From: Patescibacteria group bacterium
Lineage (GTDB): Bacteria > Patescibacteriota > Patescibacteriia > GWA2-46-9
Direction: 5' to 3'
Assembly: GCA_041660005.1 (NCBI GenBank)
Contig: JBAZXG010000002.1
Span: 188,037-238,274 of the forward strand
Length of the DNA stretch: 50,238 nt
Part shown: piece by piece, positions 1-7,196 of the stretch
Position numbering within the stretch: position 1 is the first letter of the stretch
How the letters are laid out: each line of letters begins with the position of its first letter
Position numbers and translations under genes: made by a program
Notes under the pieces: model-generated
Seen by the model: the letters and a program-made list of their open reading frames with translations, nothing else
Told to the model about the DNA's origin: nothing
Database searches by the model: none

Positions 1-1
1 C

Positions 2-733
2 GAAGCGTTCCTGGCGGAAATGTATGATACAAAATTCCGTGATTTGGGCTACACCGTGATTTTGGGTCACGACGGAATGCAGGGGGTTCAACTTATGAAA
101 AAGGAGAGGCCTGACCTCGTTTTGCTGGACATCATCATGCCGGGGGTTGACGGTTATGAAGTTTTAAAAATGGTACGCAAAGACCCAGAGACGAAAGATT
201 TACTCATTGTCGTGCTTTCGAACTTGGGGCAAGAAGAAGAAATCACCAAAGGGTTGCAGCTCGGTGCAGACGACTACTTAGTGAAGTCTGATTTAACGCC
301 GTCGCAGTTGGTGGAAAAAATTGAGAGCGTCATGCAGCGCGGCTCACGCAAGCATGAGACTGTCCGTGCACCACATATTTTGTTCATTGAAGACACGCCG
401 GATATTATCGAACTATACCAAGCTCGTTTTCAGAGTGAAGGATTTACGGTCGAAGTTGCCGAGAATGGCGCCTGGGGTTTGAAACTTGCGCAGACAAAGC
501 CCTTTGACGTTATTGTCATGGACGTTGCTATGCCGGCCTTGAGCGGCATTGATGCCTTAAAAACTATGCGCGCTACACCGAAATTGATAAGCACCCCCAT
601 TATTGTGTTTTCAAACACGGTTGAACCGGACGAGCTGAAAGAAGTGAAGGAAGCTGGAGCAACCGAGGTCTACTTGAAAGCGCGCGTTACACCAACTCAG
701 GTAGTGAATCGTATTCGAGAGTTAATTGCTTAA
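2..733 (+). CDS. Orphan response regulator with two tandem receiver (REC) domains and no output domain; 5' end cut by the window edge
   Basis: The frame stays open to nt 2 (EAFLAE precedes the first Met at 20). REC1 would lack its beta1 acidic pocket if it started at 20. Two phosphoacceptor signatures are present: DLVLLDIIMPGVDG and DVIVMDVAMPALSG. Paralogue of 33121-33930. Confidence 0.8.
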   Translation, partial: EAFLAEMYDTKFRDLGYTVILGHDGMQGVQLMKKERPDLVLLDIIMPGVDGYEVLKMVRKDPETKDLLIVVLSNLGQEEEITKGLQLGADDYLVKSDLTPSQLVEKIESVMQRGSRKHETVRAPHILFIEDTPDIIELYQARFQSEGFTVEVAENGAWGLKLAQTKPFDVIVMDVAMPALSGIDALKTMRATPKLISTPIIVFSNTVEPDELKEVKEAGATEVYLKARVTPTQVVNRIRELIA

Positions 734-824
734 AGTGGCGCGGCGTTGACCGCGACCATTATTGGTGTTACCGTGCGCGCATCGAAAGATGCGTTTTTTG
801 TTTGGGAACCCGGAGGGAAAGACC

Positions 825-1139
825 GTGGCAAGAACATTAGATGAAGTCGGAGCCGAGATCGAGAACCTGGACGCGTTCTTTGCGGCCTATCTCGCTCGTC
901 GTTTCGCGCTGGCAGCAGAGGCTGGCAAGATCAAGTTCGATGGTCGCGAGCAGATTGTCCGGCCGGCCGTAGAGCAGGCGAGAATCAGCCGAGTCGTCGC
1001 TTTGATCGAGGCAGCCAGGGTAGAGGGCCTCACAGGTGCCTTCGCGCGTGATTTGATGGCGAAGATTATCGCCGAGTGCCGAGCGTTACAAAAACCACCG
1101 CCCCCTATCCGTACAGGTTGGGGTTTCTCACGGCGGTAG
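825..1139 (+). CDS. Small helical AroQ-type chorismate-mutase-like protein (tentative)
   Basis: GGAGGG (812-817) lies 7 nt before GTG 825. The ~104-aa product shows an AroQ-like pattern (LDEVGAEIENLD..LARRFALAAEAGKIK...GREQIVRP...). The first conserved Arg position is Gly, so activity is uncertain. The gene is clearly GC-richer than its neighbours. Confidence 0.4.
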   Translation: MARTLDEVGAEIENLDAFFAAYLARRFALAAEAGKIKFDGREQIVRPAVEQARISRVVALIEAARVEGLTGAFARDLMAKIIAECRALQKPPPPIRTGWGFSRR

Positions 1140-1147
1140 TTCGACTG

Positions 1148-1182
1148 GGCGCGAGGGGGTTGTCGTTAAACCCCCTCGCGCC
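1148..1182 (+). terminator. Strong hairpin downstream of 825-1139
   Basis: Perfect 12-bp stem ggcgcgaggggg / ccccctcgcgcc with an 11-nt loop. The T-run (1193-1197) is displaced about 10 nt from the stem, so it is not a textbook intrinsic terminator. Confidence 0.5.
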
Positions 1183-1358
1183 TTGTACATTATTTTTGTC
1201 CCCAATACCTCATCGGCTTGCAAGGTTACAATACAGAAGACAAAAATATCCCTCGTAGCTTTAGCGAAGTGGGATTACCTTGCATACCCCGTCCGCTTTG
1301 GGCGTCTCGTTATTCGTAAGTGCTACAGGATCGCCGTACCTGTTTGGCGATGGGGTAG

Positions 1359-1396
1359 TTGCTTTTATTAAGTTTTGATGTATAGTGTACTAGTAC
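1359..1396 (+). promoter_or_regulatory. Putative promoter of the TrpR-like gene with an overlapping GTACTAGTAC operator
   Basis: TTGCTT (1359-1364), 16-nt spacer, TATAGT (1381-1386). The perfect palindrome GTACTAGTAC (1387-1396) abuts the -10, and the ATG is at 1416. Confidence 0.5.
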
Positions 1397-1415
1397 GTGA
1401 TCATTATTTAGACCT

Positions 1416-1709
1416 ATGGCAAAAAGCAGCAAAAAATACTTCGACGAGCTGGAACTCCTTTTGGCAAAAGCCGCCAAAGATCGGCGTATATTGCACGCGT
1501 TGCTTCTGGACTTGTTTACGCCAGCCGAGCTTGATGAAATTACCATTCGTTGGCAAATTATTAAAATGCTGGCAAACGGCGACTCACATCGCGATATCGC
1601 AGAAGCACTTGGTGTCGGGTTAGCAACCGTGGCCCGTGGTTCTCGAATGTTGATGAGACCAGATGGTGGGTTTAATCAGGCCTTTGATCGGGGGTATAAC
1701 AGGACTTGA
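1416..1709 (+). CDS. TrpR / YerC-YecD family HTH regulator
   Basis: 97 aa. The pattern LFTPAELDEITIRWQIIKMLANGDSHRDIAEALGVGLATVARGSRML matches the YerC/TrpR-like family (..T..E......R......L..G...R.I......S.ATI.R..R.L). Confidence 0.8.
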   Translation: MAKSSKKYFDELELLLAKAAKDRRILHALLLDLFTPAELDEITIRWQIIKMLANGDSHRDIAEALGVGLATVARGSRMLMRPDGGFNQAFDRGYNRT

Positions 1710-1739
1710 CGGTAAGTAGTTGTTCTTGTATGCTTCAGC

Positions 1740-1749
1740 GTACTAGTAC
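1740..1749 (+). promoter_or_regulatory. Second GTACTAGTAC palindrome, inside a promoter-like spacer
   Basis: Same 10-bp palindrome as 1387-1396. It lies between TTCAGC (1734-1739) and TATGAT (1758-1763). Confidence 0.45.
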
Positions 1750-1884
1750 ATGGTAAATATGATACATCTTTTTTCAATCAAACAATTTACGGTTTTCAAA
1801 AATGAGCACACCGTCTCGGCGTGGTGGGCTTTGCTTATCTTGGGTGAGCGAGCCTAGTTTGCTATAGCAATATAACAGTCTGGA

Positions 1885-1908
1885 CCCGCTCACTCGAGCG
1901 GGATTTTT
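1885..1908 (+). terminator. Intrinsic terminator/attenuator in the leader of ORF 1943-2377
   Basis: Stem cccgctc (1885-1891), loop actc, stem gagcggg (1896-1902), followed by ATTTTTG. Upstream gtgagcg (1844-1850) can pair with cgctcac of the left arm as an alternative antiterminator helix. Confidence 0.6.
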
Positions 1909-1942
1909 GTTGGGTTAAACACAATTCGTAAGGGGGAAAACA

Positions 1943-2377
1943 TTGAGCACAAAGACGTTTGAGGATGTTGTGATTAAGGCAGTGTACCGCGCCATCGCAA
2001 CGGTGACTCCTGCAAATGGGCAAGCGCAAGATACGGCCGAACAAGTTTGGAGGGTACTTGAAGCGGTCATCAGCGTTGAGTCACTATTTGATTACGTTTT
2101 GCGACGTAAGGCATTCAATAATGCCGCTGCGTTCCGTGAGCCGCTCTACAAAGGGCAAGCAGCGATTCTGGCGATTTTTTCGCTACCGCTGCAGCTTCGT
2201 GGAGCCATTCGCGAAGCAACCGTAGAGACGCCGAATATCCTCATGTTTTTTGAAAGGATCGTTTGGGAGTCCTGGAAAAATTTTGAGGATGGAATCGACG
2301 AGCAGATGGTGCGGGATTATCTTACCAAGCGGGACTTCAAGAGCCCGCCGATGCGAAGAAACGGTTGGGCGTTCTAG
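1943..2377 (+). CDS. Hypothetical protein (144 aa)
   Basis: TTG start preceded by AAGGGGGA about 7 nt upstream. No motif I recognise. Confidence 0.55.
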   Translation: MSTKTFEDVVIKAVYRAIATVTPANGQAQDTAEQVWRVLEAVISVESLFDYVLRRKAFNNAAAFREPLYKGQAAILAIFSLPLQLRGAIREATVETPNILMFFERIVWESWKNFEDGIDEQMVRDYLTKRDFKSPPMRRNGWAF

Positions 2378-2444
2378 TCCACAGTTGGGGCCGGGGAGTG
2401 CAGCACGCGCTTTCCGGCCCTACCAATTTATACTCCTATACATA

Positions 2445-2479
2445 CCCCGTCCCCTCTGGGGCGGGGTAATTGATTTTTT
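2445..2479 (+). terminator. Hairpin plus T-run after ORF 1943-2377
   Basis: ccccg(t)cccc tctg ggggcgggg (2445-2466), then taattgaTTTTTT (T-run 2474-2479). Confidence 0.45.
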
Positions 2480-2512
2480 ACACCATTTTGTGCGTACGCA
2501 CAAAATGGTGTA
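2479..2512. repeat. Perfect 34-bp palindrome
   Basis: tacaccattttgtgcgt | acgcacaaaatggtgta. The two halves are exact reverse complements. It sits in the convergent intergenic region. Confidence 0.9.
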
Positions 2513-2606
2513 AATTGCTGCTTGCGTAACTCTGCCGCGACCCATTTCTCAGTTCGCTAACGACCGAGCTAAGGGATCCAGGGCTTTGCCCTGGGGTTAA
2601 TACCAT

Positions 2607-2951
2607 TTATTTTGCGGAGTGTATTAACACGGCACCCAGTAACGCCATTATAATTCCTGCAATTTGAATAAAGCTTAAGTGTTCCTTAAAAAATATAATG
2701 CCAAAAATAACGCTGAGTATCGAATAAAATATAATGTAGTAGTTTGCATAAATAGCGAGCTCACCTTTGTATATAAAAATATAAATACCGAGAACGAGCT
2801 GTATAAAGTAAAGCAAGTAGACAAGCATCATCAGCGGGTCTCTCAGGGTCAAAAGGATGGTACCTGAGCTTACTCTTTTTAATATTGAGTCCGCAATAAT
2901 GACCGTTAGTGCAGACATGAAGACTAAAAAAATTTGGGTCAGATTGAGCAT
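2607..2951 (-). CDS. Small 4-TM DMT/EamA-like (SMR-like) membrane protein
   Basis: Start moved to the ATG at 2951 (MLNLTQIFLVF...). The 114-aa product is almost entirely hydrophobic with about four TM segments, ending ...IIMALLGAVLIHSAK as in single EamA repeats. Confidence 0.5.
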   Translation of the reverse strand: MLNLTQIFLVFMSALTVIIADSILKRVSSGTILLTLRDPLMMLVYLLYFIQLVLGIYIFIYKGELAIYANYYIIFYSILSVIFGIIFFKEHLSFIQIAGIIMALLGAVLIHSAK

Positions 2952-3063
2952 GAGATAATTATAGCAGGTTTCTGTTTTCAAGGTCCGATTCCCGTTTTTT
3001 CTTTCCAAGAAAATAACCCTCACATAAAGTGAGAGTTATTTTGACCAAAAGATAAAAACTATT

Positions 3064-3345
3064 TTAATTTGGTTTAGCCCGTATCGTCAGAGTTCTTTTC
3101 AAAAAACTTTTCAGCTGTTGATGGCCGTAGCCGCTTTTAAGAAATACCTCACGCGCTTTAGCGTCTTCCTTGTTGATAAAGTATTCGTAATGAATGAGTT
3201 TCAAAAACCTTCTGTGCTTGGTTGATAGTACCTTGCCTTGAGCGTGTGATTGTAAACGTTGCTTTAGATTCGCAGTAAAACCAATGTACAGTTCTTGGTC
3301 AACTGAACTTTTCAAAATATAAACGTAGTATTTATTGCTATCCAT
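3064..3345 (-). CDS. Stand-alone GIY-YIG nuclease-domain protein
   Basis: YYVYILKS..ELYIGFTANLKQRLQSH matches the GIY-(x10)-YIG motif plus the conserved R/H helix. Start set at ATG 3345 (MDSNKYYVY). Confidence 0.75.
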   Translation of the reverse strand: MDSNKYYVYILKSSVDQELYIGFTANLKQRLQSHAQGKVLSTKHRRFLKLIHYEYFINKEDAKAREVFLKSGYGHQQLKSFLKRTLTIRAKPN

Positions 3346-3479
3346 ACGCCTGCGACGTCTGACGTCGCACACACAAAATATAATTACCTATCCCGTCAAA
3401 CAAGACAGAATGTTTGACTTGCTAGGAATCTTGGCCCAGTCAAACTGGGCACACCTGCGTCAAACCAAGTTTGACTTGG

Positions 3480-3553
3480 TGGAGCGGGTAACGGGAATCG
3501 AACCCGTGACTCAACCTTGGCAAGGTCGTGTTTAACCACTAAACTATACCCGC
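3480..3553 (-). tRNA. tRNA-Gly (anticodon GCC), CCA encoded
   Basis: The reverse complement folds as GCGGGTA-TA-GTTTAGTGGTTAAAC-A-CGACC-TTGCCAA-GGTTG-AGTC-ACGGG-TTCGATT-CCCGT-TACCCGC-TCCA. Confidence 0.95.
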
Positions 3554-3627
3554 AAAGCGTAGCAATACTAGTACCATACGAACGCATTGAACGCAAGAGC
3601 CGAGCATGCTACGCTTGCCTTTCATTT

Positions 3628-5646
3628 ATGAAATTTCGTTTTACTTCAAAATTTAAACCGACCGGTGACCAGCCGCAGGCGATTCAAAAATTAACTTCGT
3701 GGCTGCAGGCGGGTAATACGCACCAGACGCTTCTGGGGGTAACGGGTTCAGGGAAAACGTTTACCATGGCGAAAGTTATTGAAGCTCAACAGCAGCCGAC
3801 CTTAATTATTTCGCCAAATAAAACGCTGGCCGCCCAGCTCTATGGTGAATTTCGGCAATTCTTTCCTGACAATGCTGTTCATTATTTTGTTTCTTACTAC
3901 GATTACTATCAGCCAGAAGCGTATATTCCGCAAAGTGACACGTATATTGCCAAAGAGGCGATGATTAATGACGAGATTGACCGCCTGCGCCACGCAGCGA
4001 CGCAATCACTTCTGACGCGCCCCGACACTATTATTGTGGCTTCGGTGTCGTGCATTTATGGTCTTGGTTCCCCGGTCAACTACCAGTCGCTTCGCTTGAC
4101 TGTCGATGCAGGATCGGTGATGAGCCGCCAAACTTTTTTGCAGCAGCTCGTGGCGTTGCAGTACAACCGCAACGACATTGATTTCCACCGTGGCACGTTT
4201 CGAGCGCGGGGCGATATTGTTGAAGTGCATCCCGTCATGGGCGAAGACATTCTTCGCTTTGAGTGGTTTGGCTCGACCCTAGAGTCGATTACGCTATTAC
4301 CCAATATTTTGGGCAATCCTCATGCGCCAGGTGTAAAAACCTTTGTGTCGCTCAAGACGGTTGATATTTACCCTGCAAAACATTTCGTTACGCCACTTGA
4401 TAACCAACATCAGGCGCTTTCTGAAATTCGCGATGAACTGACCGCGCGCGTTGAGGCGTTGAAAGCTGATAATAAACTTATTGAGGCGCAGCGGATTATG
4501 GAGCGTACGAACTATGATCTGGAGCTTATTGAGACCACCGGGTATTGCAATGGTATTGAGAATTATTCACGACACTTTGACGGTCGTTCTCCGGGCGAGC
4601 CGCCGTTTACTTTGCTCGATTACTTCAGTTACGCAGTGCGGGAGTCCGCCAGCCGGCGGAGTAAAGGATTCCTTACATTCTTGGACGAGAGTCATATTGG
4701 CGTTCCGCAAATTCGCGGCATGTATGCGGGGGACAAGTCGCGCAAACAAATGCTCATTGACTACGGTTGGCGTTTGCCGTCAGCGTTCGATAACCGGCCG
4801 CTGAATTTTCCAGAATTTTCTGAACGTGTTCGGCAGCTCATCTATGTTTCTGCAACACCGAACGAATATGAAATGCAGCTCTCTGGCGCGCCGCATGGCT
4901 TTCGTGATCTTTCCTCTGCCGAGCGTACGGCGTATAGCGTACAGCATACAGCTGTCATGCACGTGGCCGAGCAGCTCATTCGGCCGACGGGTATTCCGGA
5001 CCCCAGCGTAGACGTACGCAAAACCGATGGTCAGCTGGAAGACTTAGAAAAGGAAATTATTGTGCGCGTGGGTCGAGGTGAGCGTGTACTTGTTACAACG
5101 CTTACGAAACGTCTCGCCGAAGCGCTCACAGAATTTTTAGCAGAGCGCGGCGTCAAGGTGCAGTATTTACATTCAGACGTTGATACCCTGGAGCGCCTAG
5201 AAATTTTGAAAGATTTACGCTCGGGCCGCTATGACGTTTTAGTCGGAATCAATTTGCTCCGTGAGGGGTTGGACCTGCCAGAAGTGTCTCTTGTTGCAAT
5301 TCTCGACGCAGACAAAGAAGGGTTTTTGCGTAATGAGACGACACTCGTGCAAACCATGGGTCGAGCTGCTCGTCACCCTGAAGGTCAGGTCATTATGTAT
5401 GCGGATAATATGACAAGGTCGATGCGGAGCGCCATCAGTGAAGTAACTCGTCGCCGCGCAGTGCAGCTGGCATACAACAAGAAACACAAAATCACGCCCC
5501 GTGCGGCTGAGCGCCAAAACGTTGACCTTGTTAATTCAGAAGAAGAGGTGATGCCATCTGAAGAAATGAGTTTTTTCGAGAGAAAGAAAAAGGCAAAGAG
5601 GATTGTCAGCACCATGCGAAAAAGACCGCGGAAGCATAGGAGATAA
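3628..5646 (+). CDS. uvrB: Excinuclease ABC subunit B
   Basis: Start moved to ATG 3628 because the track start at 3517 overlaps tRNA-Gly. Motifs: GVTGSGKTFTMA (Walker A), FLDESH, YVSATP, GINLLREGLDLPEV, QTMGRAAR. The C-terminus is a basic tail rather than the usual UVR (LEFEEAA..RD) helix pair. Confidence 0.95.
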   Translation: MKFRFTSKFKPTGDQPQAIQKLTSWLQAGNTHQTLLGVTGSGKTFTMAKVIEAQQQPTLIISPNKTLAAQLYGEFRQFFPDNAVHYFVSYYDYYQPEAYIPQSDTYIAKEAMINDEIDRLRHAATQSLLTRPDTIIVASVSCIYGLGSPVNYQSLRLTVDAGSVMSRQTFLQQLVALQYNRNDIDFHRGTFRARGDIVEVHPVMGEDILRFEWFGSTLESITLLPNILGNPHAPGVKTFVSLKTVDIYPAKHFVTPLDNQHQALSEIRDELTARVEALKADNKLIEAQRIMERTNYDLELIETTGYCNGIENYSRHFDGRSPGEPPFTLLDYFSYAVRESASRRSKGFLTFLDESHIGVPQIRGMYAGDKSRKQMLIDYGWRLPSAFDNRPLNFPEFSERVRQLIYVSATPNEYEMQLSGAPHGFRDLSSAERTAYSVQHTAVMHVAEQLIRPTGIPDPSVDVRKTDGQLEDLEKEIIVRVGRGERVLVTTLTKRLAEALTEFLAERGVKVQYLHSDVDTLERLEILKDLRSGRYDVLVGINLLREGLDLPEVSLVAILDADKEGFLRNETTLVQTMGRAARHPEGQVIMYADNMTRSMRSAISEVTRRRAVQLAYNKKHKITPRAAERQNVDLVNSEEEVMPSEEMSFFERKKKAKRIVSTMRKRPRKHRR

Positions 5647-5759
5647 TTTTGAAAAGAAATTGAGGACTTTTTACGTGTGTCCTCTTCACGGATCTACCCT
5701 CTGTTCGGTAACGCGACTAGATCATGGTCGCGTGACTCGTTTGGCCTGTTCCGGCCGTA

Positions 5760-6323
5760 CTACCAGTAGGTCATTCTTCCGATCGGTGGCCAGTATTTGA
5801 GCGGTTTGGGCACTGGGCCGCCAATACGGAGCCCGTTTCTGCGGACGATGATGCCGAAGCCGGTGTCTCCGGTCCGGAAAGCATCCGAAAGGACGAGGAC
5901 GGTCGACCCGTCTGGTATCTCGCTGTCGGGCTGGGTGATGATCTCCGCACGGAAATCGTTTGCCCTTAGCGAGTCGACTATCGCTTGTGCGATGTCGGTT
6001 GGCTCCTCTTGACTGAAGAGTCCAAGGACGATGCTCTTGAGAGCGATCACTTTGTACCATTCGAACTCTGGCCGTCCGTCCAGGGCATCGACGCTGGTTC
6101 CTTCCTTGAACAGAAACCGCAGTACTCGGACTGTATTCAAGGTACCCACCGGTCTTCCGGTGGCGGTGGCGATTGCTTCCGTTACGGCCGCTTGCGACTC
6201 TTGCGAGTCGCAGATGAGCGTCGTGCCGTTCGGATCGAAGAACGGGATTGGCAAGTCCCTGACCGCAAGGGTCAAGAGTGCGACCAGGGTGAACGCGGTA
6301 GTGAAAAAATGCAGAACTTTCAT
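5760..6323 (-). CDS. Secreted hypothetical protein (signal peptide), GC-rich
   Basis: AGGAGG lies 8 nt upstream of ATG 6323. The N-terminus MKVLHFFTTAFTLVALLTLAV is signal-peptide-like. The region is so GC-rich that all frames are open; this frame was chosen for its RBS and signal peptide. Confidence 0.55.
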   Translation of the reverse strand: MKVLHFFTTAFTLVALLTLAVRDLPIPFFDPNGTTLICDSQESQAAVTEAIATATGRPVGTLNTVRVLRFLFKEGTSVDALDGRPEFEWYKVIALKSIVLGLFSQEEPTDIAQAIVDSLRANDFRAEIITQPDSEIPDGSTVLVLSDAFRTGDTGFGIIVRRNGLRIGGPVPKPLKYWPPIGRMTYW

Positions 6324-6546
6324 GACCAATGCCTCCTGCTGCTGTTGTCACGACAACCCGGATCGGTATGATCCTAATTTCGTGAGCCGATTACTATAGG
6401 GTTAATATGACCGTTTGTCAAGGTAAATCTGTCGGCTTTGTGACGTTGTTATTTGAAAAAAGTTGTATACCTTATTCATTACTATCCTACTGGCGTTGTT
6501 GGTAAGCCAGGGGTATAATTACTGCATCATTAGGAGGAATGTTTGT

Positions 6547-7053
6547 ATGCAGGATCCAGGACAACACCCACAGGAAGAAGAACGCTTAGCTGCGCTTGAA
6601 CAGCTCGGCTTACTTAACACGCCGCAAGAGGAGCGCTTTGATGATCTGACCAAGCGAGCTATGGCGCGTTTTGGTGTTCGCATGGTGGCGGTAACATTGA
6701 TTGATCGTAAGCGCGAGTGGTACAAGTCGTGCTGCGGCGATATTTGCCCGCCCGGGCGTGAAGGAGCCCGCAGCGTTTCATTTTGCGGGCATGCCTTGTT
6801 AGCAAACTACGTGTTTGTTGTTGCGGATACCTTGCTTGATCCTCGGTTCTCCGACAATCCAATGGTGCTGCACGCTCCTTTTATACGTTTCTATGCTGGT
6901 GTTGCTTTGCGTGAACATCTGAGTAACTTACCGGTCGGTGTTTTTTGTATAAAAGACACAAAACCACGTCAGCTGGAAACGCAAGATATCAACGATCTGA
7001 TAGATTTCGCTAAGCTTGCGGAAAAAGAGTTGCAAGTGAAGGAAGGGAATTAA
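6547..7053 (+). CDS. Stand-alone GAF domain protein
   Basis: RBS AGGAGGA before ATG 6547. EERLAALEQLGLLNTPQEERFDDLTKRA...LIDRKREWYKS...SFCGHAL...VADTLLDPRFSDNPMV..PFIRFYAGVAL...GVFCIKDTKPR is the classic GAF sensor pattern. Confidence 0.8.
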   Translation: MQDPGQHPQEEERLAALEQLGLLNTPQEERFDDLTKRAMARFGVRMVAVTLIDRKREWYKSCCGDICPPGREGARSVSFCGHALLANYVFVVADTLLDPRFSDNPMVLHAPFIRFYAGVALREHLSNLPVGVFCIKDTKPRQLETQDINDLIDFAKLAEKELQVKEGN

Positions 7054-7075
7054 AATTTAAATTTTCGTAAATTTG

Positions 7076-7105
7076 TCCGGTCATTAGACCGGATTATTTT
7101 TGTTT
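7076..7105 (+). terminator. Intrinsic terminator after the GAF gene
   Basis: tccggtc atta gaccgga (7076-7093) followed by TTATTTTTGTTTT. Confidence 0.7.
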
Positions 7106-7196
7106 TCCATCATGGGAGACAAAATACCCTGAGCGTAGTCGAGAAGTTGCAACATTCCTACATTCTTGAGAATGTCGGAATGACGTTTAGTGATAA

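Noticed and set aside
1802-1867. A trp-style leader peptide controlling attenuation upstream of ORF 1943-2377.
   Set aside because: It has a single Trp codon and no SD. Ribosome stalling there would mask the antiterminator arm rather than free it. It is mentioned only as a weak possibility.
3517-3627. The long N-terminal extension of uvrB offered by the ORF track (start 3517).
   Set aside because: It overlaps the tRNA-Gly gene on the opposite strand. The conserved UvrB N-terminus (FKPTGDQPQAI) follows the Met at 3628.
5722-6399. The Arg-rich 209-aa ORF (5722-6351, minus strand) and the plus-strand ORFs 5797-6012, 5985-6371 and 6031-6399.
   Set aside because: They are GC-rich-frame artefacts with Arg/Pro/Gly-dominated composition and no SD. 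The alternative frame has an AGGAGG and a signal peptide.
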